A DNA stretch of 64,000 nt from Muribaculaceae bacterium (GTDB lineage Bacteria; Bacteroidota; Bacteroidia; Bacteroidales; Muribaculaceae): assembly GCA_022510505.1 (NCBI GenBank), contig JAFLTL010000003.1, positions 55,789-119,788 of the forward strand. The letters run 5' to 3'. A model generated the notes under the pieces. That model was not told where the DNA came from. It worked only from the letters and a program-made list of their open reading frames with translations, and did no database searches. Both the position numbers and the translations under genes were made by a program. This document shows positions 1 through 9,392 of the stretch, one piece after another. Position 1 is the first letter of the stretch. Each line of letters begins with the position of its first letter.

Positions 1-168
1 GTTGGTTCGGAAATTCCACCCTTTTTCCAAGATACCGGCAAAGAGTGTCTTCCCTGAACCGTTTGGCCCAACAACGACTGTCAGACCTCTTTCAATTGTC
101 AAAGGCCGAATGACATTCACCGACGTTCCTCCGGTGAAGAAAAGCTGTTGGGATTCAATGTTAATCAT
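1..168 (-). CDS. ABC transporter ATP-binding protein, N-terminal fragment (continues beyond window edge)
   Basis: Reverse complement of 1..168 reads MINIESQQLFFTGGTSVNVIRPLTIERGLTVVVGPNGSGKTLFAGILEKGWNFRTN with Walker A GPNGSGKT. The ATG at 168..166 lies 1 nt after the TAA (172..170) of the upstream gene. It is absent from the ORF track because it is truncated. Confidence 0.7.
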   Translation of the reverse strand, partial: MINIESQQLFFTGGTSVNVIRPLTIERGLTVVVGPNGSGKTLFAGILEKGWNFRTN

Positions 169-169
169 T

Positions 170-1162
170 TTATTCCTTCGTGGGACGATAGAACCTCAAA
201 ACAGAATGTTCAAGAGGAAAGTTCAATGTCAGGATGGAACCGTCGTCGTTTAGCGAGGCCCAACATTCCTCATCCTTTCCTATTTTCTCATGCATCGCAT
301 CATGCCATTCCAGATCGTAATGTTGGATAAACGGAGTCGATATCAAACTTCCCTTTTTCATGCCGGCTTTCCATTTTCCTGAGTTTGATACAGCTCCCTC
401 CAGATAGATTATATCATAGTTGCCGGTCAACGGGTCGCCAAGGATTCCAAGTTTATATTGCCCACCCAATCGAGCCCATTTTGGGTCGGTTTCACGGTCA
501 AGGAAAACCCATATACCTTCAGGGCTAGTAGAAATATCGTCAGGGACGGGAAACTTTTCGGGGCTGTCATAGATTGTCATAATACCAAGGTTCTCATCCT
601 TGATGCCTCGGAATATCAATCGAGTAATTTCCAGTGATGTGCCCTCGCAAAACAAGAACAGTGAATTCAAATCGGGACTTCCGGGAAGTTCCATGCTTCC
701 GGCTGCCGCCAAACCGTCGGAGCCTATTGTCCATTTGATTTCACCGTCGCCAAAAAGTTTTATTTTCAAGGAATTGGAGCCTTTATGAAGGTCAACTCCA
801 CGAGTCAGGTCCTCCGATGTAAGAATTTCCTCCCCCCGGGAAAGCGTCAAACGAAGAAATCTAGTGTCGGTCAACGATGAAAAATCGGTATTGCCCCATG
901 AAAGTCTTATTTCATAACGCTCCCCGTTTTCAGAATTCCATCCAATTCCCCAGGAATTCTTTCCAATACCGCTCTTGTCACGGTTGGAAGCCATCGCCCC
1001 GGTTACTTCGATTTCCACCGCATTGCCGTCAACGATACCGAAGTCATAGACCTCTCCCTTTTTCAACTGCATGGGATTGGATAAGCTTACCGTTGCCATG
1101 GAGTCGATCGCCGATGACAACAGAATCAGAAGAAACGAAATTAGAAAAGCTGTTCGTTTCAT
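170..1162 (-). CDS. hypothetical secreted protein (signal peptide, two apparent beta-rich halves)
   Basis: 330-aa ORF with hydrophobic N-terminus MKRTAFLISFLLILLSSAIDS. Its start overlaps the miaA stop (ATGA) and its stop is 1 nt before the next ATG. I recognise no named motif. Confidence 0.6.
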   Translation of the reverse strand: MKRTAFLISFLLILLSSAIDSMATVSLSNPMQLKKGEVYDFGIVDGNAVEIEVTGAMASNRDKSGIGKNSWGIGWNSENGERYEIRLSWGNTDFSSLTDTRFLRLTLSRGEEILTSEDLTRGVDLHKGSNSLKIKLFGDGEIKWTIGSDGLAAAGSMELPGSPDLNSLFLFCEGTSLEITRLIFRGIKDENLGIMTIYDSPEKFPVPDDISTSPEGIWVFLDRETDPKWARLGGQYKLGILGDPLTGNYDIIYLEGAVSNSGKWKAGMKKGSLISTPFIQHYDLEWHDAMHEKIGKDEECWASLNDDGSILTLNFPLEHSVLRFYRPTKE

Positions 1163-2085
1163 TTTGAAAGAAGTTTACCGGTTTCTTCTATCAGTTGAGG
1201 TATAGGCAAGTCCCATGTCATCCAGTGAATTGTCCATCCACGCTTTTCCATCCCGCGGAACCATGTCATCTGACGTTTCGCAAATTGATGTATGGCTGTT
1301 TCAAGGGAAGTGAACATTTCTTGATAGTCGATTTTTCCGGTTGCATACAAAGTTAGCCATTTATATTCCAATCCGTAGTAAATCAAGTCCTCTTCATTCA
1401 CTCCTTTTTCAAGCAAACCTTTCACTTCGTCTACCATGCCGTTATCCAACCTTGTCTTTAGACGTCGGGTTATGCGCTCCCTTCTCAGATCACGTGAAAT
1501 ATCAGTTCCCAGAACGATTGCCGACTTCTCCATTGAAGGCTTGGTCCTCTCGGTTTCTTGGGGATGAGTCTCGTAATATTCCATTATTTCCAACGCACGC
1601 AGAGCTCGTTGAACTGTGTCGACATCGGTTGTGTTGTGCAAAGCCTTTTTTGTTGCCAGTAACGATGTGAGCTCTTCAAGTGTCTTTCCCCTGAACCGAT
1701 CGCGTAACTCCTCGTTTCGAGGAACTTCGGGCATTTGCAGACCATTCAAGGCCGCCTCGACATACATTCCGCTCCCACCGCATACTACCGGTAGTTTCCC
1801 CTTTGTTCTTATTTCTTCAAGAACACGGTTATAATCCTGAAGAAAACGATGAAGATTATATTTTTCTCCCGGTTGACAAATGTCAATCAGATGGTAGGGT
1901 ATGTCGCCGTATTCCTCGAGGTCTTTGCCTGTTCCGAGGTCCATCCCACGATAAACCTGACGGGAATCGGCACTGATAATTTCTCCGCCAAATGCGCGAG
2001 CGATCTCTACGGCCCAACGGGTTTTCCCGGATGCGGTAGGCCCAACGATGGCTACAACCGGAAGGTCAGCAAACACCGTTGACAT
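1159..2085 (-). CDS. miaA: tRNA dimethylallyltransferase
   Basis: P-loop VGPTASGKT followed by SADSRQVYRGMDLGTGK, with typical MiaA length (308 aa). Confidence 0.95.
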   Translation of the reverse strand: MSTVFADLPVVAIVGPTASGKTRWAVEIARAFGGEIISADSRQVYRGMDLGTGKDLEEYGDIPYHLIDICQPGEKYNLHRFLQDYNRVLEEIRTKGKLPVVCGGSGMYVEAALNGLQMPEVPRNEELRDRFRGKTLEELTSLLATKKALHNTTDVDTVQRALRALEIMEYYETHPQETERTKPSMEKSAIVLGTDISRDLRRERITRRLKTRLDNGMVDEVKGLLEKGVNEEDLIYYGLEYKWLTLYATGKIDYQEMFTSLETAIHQFAKRQMTWFRGMEKRGWTIHWMTWDLPIPQLIEETGKLLSK

Positions 2086-3370
2086 GTTTCCTCCAGAAGC
2101 GTCTCAACTTATAGAAACGCCGGTCCTCGTTGTCGAAGGTGATGGCAAGCCATCGATGATCGTTATAGTCTACATCCCACTTGTGGATGTCACGAAAACG
2201 GAACGTGGGACGATAGTTCTTGATAGGATAGATTCTTTTTCCGTCGGGTGTATAGGTTTTCCAGGCCATCGCAACGGTGTAGATCCTTTCAAGCTCCGAC
2301 CTCAATTCGGGTGCCAGTGTTCCGGAATGTGTCATTCTGACGATGCGGTCATAGGAATAGAACTGTCCTTCGAGTTTGCATCCGGCCAGTTCACTTTCAT
2401 CATTGTAGAAGCAAAGATAGTGGAAGGCATTAGCCAACGTGGTGGAGTCCTCGCTCACATAGGCACGAACCAAGCGGTCGGGCATCAACCCTGTCATCTC
2501 CTTGAAGTTCTCCAAAGCGATCTTTTCACTGATTTCTGTCGTGAAAGGCAAGAAACATTTGACAGGAGTGTCGACAATAGAACCTTTACTCTTCTCGAGG
2601 AAAAGATAATCACCGACTATAATGAGATAGCGAAGAGCTGTCGAAGTGCCATGAATTGACTCCATCATGGGGTTCTTGCAATAATATCTCCACATGTTGT
2701 TGTAGCGGATGTAGAAAAATATTCCAAGAAGTATCGTCAAACCAGTCGGCAGAAGAACATAGAAGAAAATGTCGGGTGAGTTGTAGTTGACATTGATGTA
2801 GAAGAACCGATAGTAGATGAATTCAATCACACTGAGCAACAACGAGAAATAAAACAACACCCAAAGCTGGTTCTTCGATTCCTGAGAGAAAAGTTTCGCC
2901 ACAAGACCTCTTTCGGTGTAACTGCCGCTCTTTATCTTGCAGTTGTGACAAACTCTTGAAGTCGAACCTAAAGTCAGATACCAGATTGTGCACAGGAACG
3001 ACACAGGGTAGATGACAAGAGCCGAAATATAGGGAATCTTCAGGTTGGCCGGCTGGTTGTTTAGCAACGGGTGCTCCCAGTCCATTCCAAACAAGCAGCA
3101 GATTATCATTATGATAGCCGAAATGAACAAGGTCGTTGCCGTTACTGCCGGAAGTCGATAACAGAATGAAAATCTTCGCTGATTATTGTTTCGGGAGAGA
3201 ATCAGAATTACGGCTTGCAGACCCAAGACAACCAGAGGAAGCCATTTTTTGGAAATGAAAATTCCAAGAATCAAAATTATGTCAAGAAATCCGGTTGCTA
3301 TCAACCAACCGAAAAACAGGGAAAAAATTCCTTGAGAGAGTGATTTTTTTCTTTGTTCTAAGGGAGTCAC
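2066..3370 (-). CDS. hypothetical polytopic membrane protein with soluble C-terminal domain
   Basis: 434 aa with a GTG start overlapping the DPP-IV stop (GTGA). The first ~230 aa hold multiple hydrophobic helices and a CHNC segment between them. A ~200-aa hydrophilic C-terminal domain follows. The gene overlaps the miaA start by 20 nt. No family recognised. Confidence 0.65.
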   Translation of the reverse strand: MTPLEQRKKSLSQGIFSLFFGWLIATGFLDIILILGIFISKKWLPLVVLGLQAVILILSRNNNQRRFSFCYRLPAVTATTLFISAIIMIICCLFGMDWEHPLLNNQPANLKIPYISALVIYPVSFLCTIWYLTLGSTSRVCHNCKIKSGSYTERGLVAKLFSQESKNQLWVLFYFSLLLSVIEFIYYRFFYINVNYNSPDIFFYVLLPTGLTILLGIFFYIRYNNMWRYYCKNPMMESIHGTSTALRYLIIVGDYLFLEKSKGSIVDTPVKCFLPFTTEISEKIALENFKEMTGLMPDRLVRAYVSEDSTTLANAFHYLCFYNDESELAGCKLEGQFYSYDRIVRMTHSGTLAPELRSELERIYTVAMAWKTYTPDGKRIYPIKNYRPTFRFRDIHKWDVDYNDHRWLAITFDNEDRRFYKLRRFWRKHVNGVC

Positions 3371-5565
3371 TTAAGATTGTTGTTAAAATGAATGATCATA
3401 TTACTATAAACAAGTTCGCGGGCATTACAGCCGAATATACTGTGATTTTTATTCGGGAAAATCATCAGATTACACAACTTTCCACTCCCCTGAAGGTGGG
3501 CCAGATACTCGACCGTGTTTGAGAAATGCACGTTGTCATCGGCAGTTCCCGACATAATCAATAATGCGGAATTCATGTCGTCGGTCAGGTTTACAGGCGA
3601 TGAGGAAAAATAACCCTCGGAGTTCTGCTGCGGCGTCAGCATATAACGTTCGGTATAGATTGAGTCGTAATATCTCCATGAGGTGACTGGAGCTACTGCC
3701 ACACCGGCTGCAAAGGGTGAGTTTTTAGCCGATACAGCCATCAGAGTCTCGTAGCCACCGAAACTCCATCCGGCTATTCCAATTTTGTTTCCGTCGACGT
3801 AGGGGAACGATGCAAGATATCTTGCCGCTGCGCATTGGTCGGCTGTCTCGTTTATTCCCAGGTGTTTATAAACCGAAGTCATGAAGGAATAACCTTTGCC
3901 GGCACTTCCGCGAGGGTCAACACAAACGACTATGTAGCCTTGTTCGACAGCTGCATACTGTTGCCAGCCAATACTCCAGGAATTCATTACCTGGGATGCT
4001 CCGGGACCACTGTATTGCCACAGAATCACCGGGTATTTCTTCGATGAATTGAAGTTGGAAGGCTTGATCATGTAGGCCTCCAGAGAAAGATTTCCCGCAG
4101 CCGAGGGAATGGTGAAGAATTCCCTCACCGGTAACGATGCGTAACGCGCTGTCACACCTGCATTGTCCTCAAGGGTTCTCAACTCCTTAAGTTTGGAATT
4201 GAAGAGTTTGTAGACGGGAGCATGGCTGACGGTTGAGTTTGACAGGACAAAGTAATTCAGTGCCGGAGAGAACGATGCCGACGATACACCTTCCACAGGT
4301 GAAAGATCGGTAATTTTGTTTTTAATATCGATTCGGCTCACAACCCTGTTGATAGCACCGGAACATGTGGAACGATAGTAATGGTTACCCTGAACATCAC
4401 ATCCATAGTAATCGGTTACGTCGTAGTCACCCGATGTTATGCTGCGTAGCAAGGTGCCGTTGTAACTGTACTCATAAAGATGGGTGTAGCCGCTGCGCGG
4501 TGAGAAAATCACGAAACTCTCGTCGAGCAACGTCAAATTTTCATAGGACTCGGGAAGAACCCATGCATCGGGCTTCTCGACAAGCAACGATTTGATTACA
4601 GTCGACTTGGGGTTCACCGAGTAAACCTCCATGCGATTCTGATCGCGGTTCAGTGTGGTCACAATCACTCGAGGGTCGGTTTTTCCGCCATATTGAATGC
4701 TGGGGATATATTCGATGTTAGGGTCATCGAAAACAATATCTTTTGTCTTGCGGTTGTCGATGTCGAAGGAATGAAGGGTCACCTTGGAGTTGGTGACTCC
4801 GGGCAGCGGATATTTATAGGAAAATATTCCGGGATAAAGGGCATATTCACTTAAGGAGGGACAAACCCCTTCATATAACGGGAATGTGTACAACGGCACA
4901 TCGGTTTCATTATACTTCAAATAAACCAACGTGGTGTTGTCGGGCGACCATATCATCGAGCAGATGGTTGAGAACTCTTCCTGATAAACCCAGTCGGGTA
5001 TACCGTTGATGATTTGATTCTCCGCGCCATCGGTTGTGACTGCTGTTTCGGTGTTAAAGTCGAGTTTCTTCAAATAGATGTTGTTGTCGGAAACGAAGGC
5101 AACCATGCGGGCGTCGGGCGAGAACACCGGTGAAATTTGAGTGGGATGATTGGTCGACAGAGGCAACAATATGTTTCGGGATATTTCGAAAACATAGTAG
5201 GCCGCTTTAACCGAATAACGATAAATTGGTTCGGCCGACTCATAGACCAACAGCTTTTTCCCGTTGGGACTCAAGGAAAATCCTCCTATTCGGTCAATGG
5301 ATGTTTCGCGGGTGTGAGTGACATCAAGAATCGTTCCTATCTCTTTTCCGGTCGCCGTTTCATAGCTGAGAATCTTCTTGCGGTCGCTGCTCAGCATCAG
5401 GTAACTCTCCCCATCGGGCATGTAGGTTAGGTGAGACGGAGATTTCGGTCTCATTACCTTAGTCTCATAATCGGCCAAGCCTGGGAGTATGCCTGGAGTT
5501 GCAGCCGACATTGTCGACATGACTGTTGCAATCGTTGCAAGAATTATATTCCTTTTTATAGCCAT
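3367..5565 (-). CDS. dipeptidyl-peptidase IV (S9B prolyl oligopeptidase family)
   Basis: 732 aa with a signal peptide, a long N-terminal propeller-like region, and a C-terminal alpha/beta hydrolase with nucleophile elbow GWSFGGY and a trailing NKNHSI His region. Confidence 0.9.
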   Translation of the reverse strand: MAIKRNIILATIATVMSTMSAATPGILPGLADYETKVMRPKSPSHLTYMPDGESYLMLSSDRKKILSYETATGKEIGTILDVTHTRETSIDRIGGFSLSPNGKKLLVYESAEPIYRYSVKAAYYVFEISRNILLPLSTNHPTQISPVFSPDARMVAFVSDNNIYLKKLDFNTETAVTTDGAENQIINGIPDWVYQEEFSTICSMIWSPDNTTLVYLKYNETDVPLYTFPLYEGVCPSLSEYALYPGIFSYKYPLPGVTNSKVTLHSFDIDNRKTKDIVFDDPNIEYIPSIQYGGKTDPRVIVTTLNRDQNRMEVYSVNPKSTVIKSLLVEKPDAWVLPESYENLTLLDESFVIFSPRSGYTHLYEYSYNGTLLRSITSGDYDVTDYYGCDVQGNHYYRSTCSGAINRVVSRIDIKNKITDLSPVEGVSSASFSPALNYFVLSNSTVSHAPVYKLFNSKLKELRTLEDNAGVTARYASLPVREFFTIPSAAGNLSLEAYMIKPSNFNSSKKYPVILWQYSGPGASQVMNSWSIGWQQYAAVEQGYIVVCVDPRGSAGKGYSFMTSVYKHLGINETADQCAAARYLASFPYVDGNKIGIAGWSFGGYETLMAVSAKNSPFAAGVAVAPVTSWRYYDSIYTERYMLTPQQNSEGYFSSSPVNLTDDMNSALLIMSGTADDNVHFSNTVEYLAHLQGSGKLCNLMIFPNKNHSIFGCNARELVYSNMIIHFNNNLK

Positions 5566-5588
5566 TGTTCGTTGGATGTTTTAGTATT

Positions 5589-6413
5589 CTACCATAGGAG
5601 CATTTGAGCCGGATCGTTTTCTATCGGCTTCTTATTCGGCTGCTCAGCCTCAGTTTTGTTCTCTTTTGTGGCCGACGAGATCTCACTCTTCAACCGCTCT
5701 ATTTCATTTCTAAGTTCACGATTCTCGCTGACCAACCCCTCATTTTCATTTGTCAGCTTCTGATTTTCATCAATCAGACCCTGGTTCTTCTCCGTTAGTT
5801 CGTCAAGCTTTTCCTGAGTTGAATCATTGGAGTGCATCTGAGAAGTTACAGCAGCTACACGCAGTTTGTTTAGCAGACTTTTGTTTTCTAGGTCATATTG
5901 TTCAATTTCGGCCTCTAATGAACCTATTTTTTCCTCAAGGTCTTTGATGCGCGAGTTTATAGCTCGTTTCTGACGTTCGGAACTCAGCGCCTTCTCAGTT
6001 TCCTTTTGAAGTTTTTCTTCGGTGACCGATAGTTTCTCTTTCAATTCCTCGACCTGGATTTTCAACCGGTCTTTTTCTTTATTAGTGGTTTTTGTAGAAT
6101 TTTTTCTTTCTTCTTCCTGAAGTTTTTCCAAAAATTCTTTCAACGACTTGTCGAGATTCTGGAAGAGATAATTTCTCTGTGACTCGACGTTGAGACTCTG
6201 CCTAAGATAGGGTGGCAACTCCCTGTTCAAAAATTCCACAACACCATCGAAGATTACTGCGGTGTCGTTAGATTTCGGCTGGGGGCTCAATTGGACCTGA
6301 TTCAGTGGCTCTTCGACCGAGGTAACCGGAATTTCGTTCGACGGGGTGTAGTCGTCGACATCCTCTTGTGAAGTCAAGCCAAAGGCACGGGAGAGAGAAT
6401 GAAGAAAACTCAT
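5589..6413 (-). CDS. hypothetical coiled-coil protein
   Basis: 274 aa. The central ~170 aa are a heptad-like E/K/L/N-rich sequence (EELKEKLSVTEEKLQKETEK ... NRELRNEIERLKSEI). ATGA overlap with the upstream gene's stop. Confidence 0.6.
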   Translation of the reverse strand: MSFLHSLSRAFGLTSQEDVDDYTPSNEIPVTSVEEPLNQVQLSPQPKSNDTAVIFDGVVEFLNRELPPYLRQSLNVESQRNYLFQNLDKSLKEFLEKLQEEERKNSTKTTNKEKDRLKIQVEELKEKLSVTEEKLQKETEKALSSERQKRAINSRIKDLEEKIGSLEAEIEQYDLENKSLLNKLRVAAVTSQMHSNDSTQEKLDELTEKNQGLIDENQKLTNENEGLVSENRELRNEIERLKSEISSATKENKTEAEQPNKKPIENDPAQMLLW

Positions 6414-9391
6414 GATTGTATAGCGGGGGATGATGGTTTCGTTACTATGCCTATTCCTTTGCGGCCATTTATCCCTATGAGAAGGGGAGACTGGAAATGA
6501 ACCACACGAAGATGATCGGTCTCGTAAATCGCCGGGTTTGAATCCAGGAACTCCAGGTCACAGACTCCTTTTCCTTTCTCGGAGGTGTCAATGGTGAAAT
6601 ATCCTACTCCAAAGGAGGTGAGATTCTGGAAGAAATGGGTTCCCTGACTTGGTTCGGGGCGAAATCCTGGCAAGGATGTCTCTACGATAATCTTTGCAGC
6701 CGAGATGGCAGGCCACTTCACCGGGATTCCCAAATAAGGATCGGAGGATCCCCAGCGGCCGGGCCCTATGAGTATATAGCTCTCGTTGCGGTCGAGGAAC
6801 TGACGGTTCAAGGCATCGAGTTCGGTAGCAATCACCGGATTGTCGAGCTGACTGAAATTGGCAGTCTTGACATAGACTACAGTCGACACATTCTCGATGT
6901 TCCCATGACCGAGTGCCGTGTTGCTCTTCAGTAGCAATTCATCGTCGGGGATTTCAAGCAACGAGTCGTCGACCATATTTTTGCGATCGACAATGGGTCG
7001 GATCTGAAGCCAATAGATGTGACCTTTTGTGGGACTCCCCGGAGGCGCTACCATTCCAGCAAATTCTATCTCAACTGGTCGTTGCATCTCGTTTTGGCCG
7101 GTTTGCATCATGAAATCCAAAGCAGGGGCCAAAGGGAGCGCTCCGTGGGAAAGAATGTTGGCGAAGGTTACGACTCTTCGACCTTTTCCTTCGTCGGTGT
7201 CACGTAACATATAATCCTGAGGGTCATAGGTCGATACCATATATCTCAGCGCTCCGGTTCCGGCATAGTCCTGAACCCGTTTCTTAACGATGTTGAACCC
7301 GTCGTCGACTTTCAGTTCATCGTGAGCCGCCGACATGTCGAGTGCCAACAGTCTTGTTTGAGTGTCACGCAACGCCAGATCAAGCGTCGACGTTTGCAGA
7401 ATCTTATCGGCATGACGGGGAGAGAAACGCAGCCCCATTCCACCGTCGACGATATACTTGCCCAATCCGACGGCTACTTCGACCACTCCGTCTTCAGGGA
7501 CCTCGTCATTGATGGGATAATAGTTCAATGAGCGTCCGACACCGGAGAACGACGGGAAATAGGTTCCCAACCATTCGCTACCTACAACTTCCTGGATGAT
7601 AATTGCCATCTTCTCCTGGTCGATGACGTTGGAGGTGGCTGTCATGTAGGCTTTGCTGTCGCCGAAGAAAACCGATGCATAGACTCCCTTGATTGCTTTC
7701 TCCAAAAGGTCAAGCATCTTGTGCTTATCTTTCAAATGAGGAATCATGTAGGTGGAATAGATTCCGGCAAACGGTTGGTAGTGGGAATCCTCCAGCAGAC
7801 TTGAACTTCTGATTGCGAGCGGACGATTTACAACATCAAACAAAGCGAGGAAATCATCTTTGAGGCGCTCGGGTAGCTTAGCCTCAAGGAATCGTTGCAG
7901 AATTTCTTCATCGGAAGCTGAGCTTAAGGCCATGGGATAGAGATCGTTCATGGCCATGAACTCGTCGAATAGATCGGTGCAAAGAACAACGGTTCTCGGA
8001 ATCGAAATAGTGATCCCGTCGAAGTTGTCACAAACCGGATGTTTCTTAATAATCGAGTCGATAAATGCTAAACCACGACCCTTTCCTCCAAGAGAACCTT
8101 GTCCTATCCGGGCAAAATTTGAATAATGGTCGAAACGGTTCCTTTTGAAAATCGCTACAACACCGCGGTTTTTCATCTTGCGATATTTGACAATAAGGTC
8201 AAATATCAGCTGTTTTACGGCTTGGGATTCCTCAATGCTGTTGAACCGGTGGGTCTTCATTACCTCGGCGATTGGGAACATCGCGCGGGAATATAACCAT
8301 CGGGATATTTCATTGTGGCTGGCATGATAATACAAGACTTCATCGGGAATGGTGAAGACTTTTTTCTGCATGTCATTGACTGAAGTGATGCGTCCGATTT
8401 CCTCACCGGTGTTCGGGTCTCTCAGAATGAAATCACCGAAACCGAAATTGTCGGTGATTGCCTTTCCCAGGTCGACCGGAAGTTTCTTGGAGTTCTTGTC
8501 GAGGAAGATACCGTTGAAGTCTGCAACTTTTGCCTCGTTGGCTGTTTCGGTCGACTCCACGATGATGGGCAAGTAGCGGTCCTGACTTCTAAGGAAGCGT
8601 CCAAGGGCCAAGCCGGCATGTCGGTCTTTTTCTCCTCCACGGTTGAAAGACACATCGGTTATCACACCCAACATGTTTGAGCCGAATTTCCCGTAAAGCT
8701 CAATAGCTTCCTCGTAGTTTCTTGCAAGGATCACCTTTGGGCGTCCTCTCATTCGAAGCATTTTCTCATGTTCGTTCAATGCCTCGGTAGAGAAGTTTCG
8801 CGACTGGGTCAAAAGGAATTTATAAAGATGGGGGAGGATGGATGAATAAAATCTCACCGAGTCCTCCACCAACAGAATTGCCTGAACACCAACCTGAAGA
8901 ATGTCATGCTCGGCGTTCATCTTGTCCTCGATGAGTTTTATGATAGCCAGCAACAAATCGACGTTCCCCAACCAACTGAAGACATAGTCGACTCCCGAAT
9001 GGTCTTCTTTGGCTATCCTTTGGGAAACCTCCTTGCTGAAGGGTGTCAAAACAACAACAGGAATGTTGGGATAAAGTGTCTTGATTTCTTTAGCCCCGCT
9101 AAAAGTCTCGCTCAAGTTGTTGCCCGGCATAGCAATGACGAGGTCATAGGTTTTCAACGCCATGGCCTCGACCGCTTCGTTTATGTGACTGACACGCGTC
9201 ACTCGCGGGGGCGAGCTCAAGTTGAGGGCAACATATTCGAAATACAATTGCTCCTCAACTCGACCGTCCTCTTCCATCATAAAGGCGTCGTAGGGTGAAG
9301 CGATGAGAAGCACATTGAAAATGCGCTTCTGCATCAGATCCTGAAAGGCTGTGTCTTTCAGGTATAGCTGACTCAACGACTCCTCATGCAT
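6410..9391 (-). CDS. receiver-domain protein fused to PEP/pyruvate-binding (PPDK_N, ATP-grasp) domain
   Basis: 993 aa. The first REC-like fold lacks the acceptor Asp (DLVIAMPG). The second REC looks canonical (ILLVEDS ... GVITDVSF ... IIVESTE ... FLDKNS). PPDK_N-type motifs GGKGRGLAFI and IRSSSLLEDSHYQPFAGIYSTY follow. I see no GGxTSHAAI-type phosphohistidine swivel motif. The ATG lies 1 nt after the GH31 stop (TAAAATG). Confidence 0.85.
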   Translation of the reverse strand: MHEESLSQLYLKDTAFQDLMQKRIFNVLLIASPYDAFMMEEDGRVEEQLYFEYVALNLSSPPRVTRVSHINEAVEAMALKTYDLVIAMPGNNLSETFSGAKEIKTLYPNIPVVVLTPFSKEVSQRIAKEDHSGVDYVFSWLGNVDLLLAIIKLIEDKMNAEHDILQVGVQAILLVEDSVRFYSSILPHLYKFLLTQSRNFSTEALNEHEKMLRMRGRPKVILARNYEEAIELYGKFGSNMLGVITDVSFNRGGEKDRHAGLALGRFLRSQDRYLPIIVESTETANEAKVADFNGIFLDKNSKKLPVDLGKAITDNFGFGDFILRDPNTGEEIGRITSVNDMQKKVFTIPDEVLYYHASHNEISRWLYSRAMFPIAEVMKTHRFNSIEESQAVKQLIFDLIVKYRKMKNRGVVAIFKRNRFDHYSNFARIGQGSLGGKGRGLAFIDSIIKKHPVCDNFDGITISIPRTVVLCTDLFDEFMAMNDLYPMALSSASDEEILQRFLEAKLPERLKDDFLALFDVVNRPLAIRSSSLLEDSHYQPFAGIYSTYMIPHLKDKHKMLDLLEKAIKGVYASVFFGDSKAYMTATSNVIDQEKMAIIIQEVVGSEWLGTYFPSFSGVGRSLNYYPINDEVPEDGVVEVAVGLGKYIVDGGMGLRFSPRHADKILQTSTLDLALRDTQTRLLALDMSAAHDELKVDDGFNIVKKRVQDYAGTGALRYMVSTYDPQDYMLRDTDEGKGRRVVTFANILSHGALPLAPALDFMMQTGQNEMQRPVEIEFAGMVAPPGSPTKGHIYWLQIRPIVDRKNMVDDSLLEIPDDELLLKSNTALGHGNIENVSTVVYVKTANFSQLDNPVIATELDALNRQFLDRNESYILIGPGRWGSSDPYLGIPVKWPAISAAKIIVETSLPGFRPEPSQGTHFFQNLTSFGVGYFTIDTSEKGKGVCDLEFLDSNPAIYETDHLRVVHFQSPLLIGINGRKGIGIVTKPSSPAIQS

Positions 9392-9392
9392 T

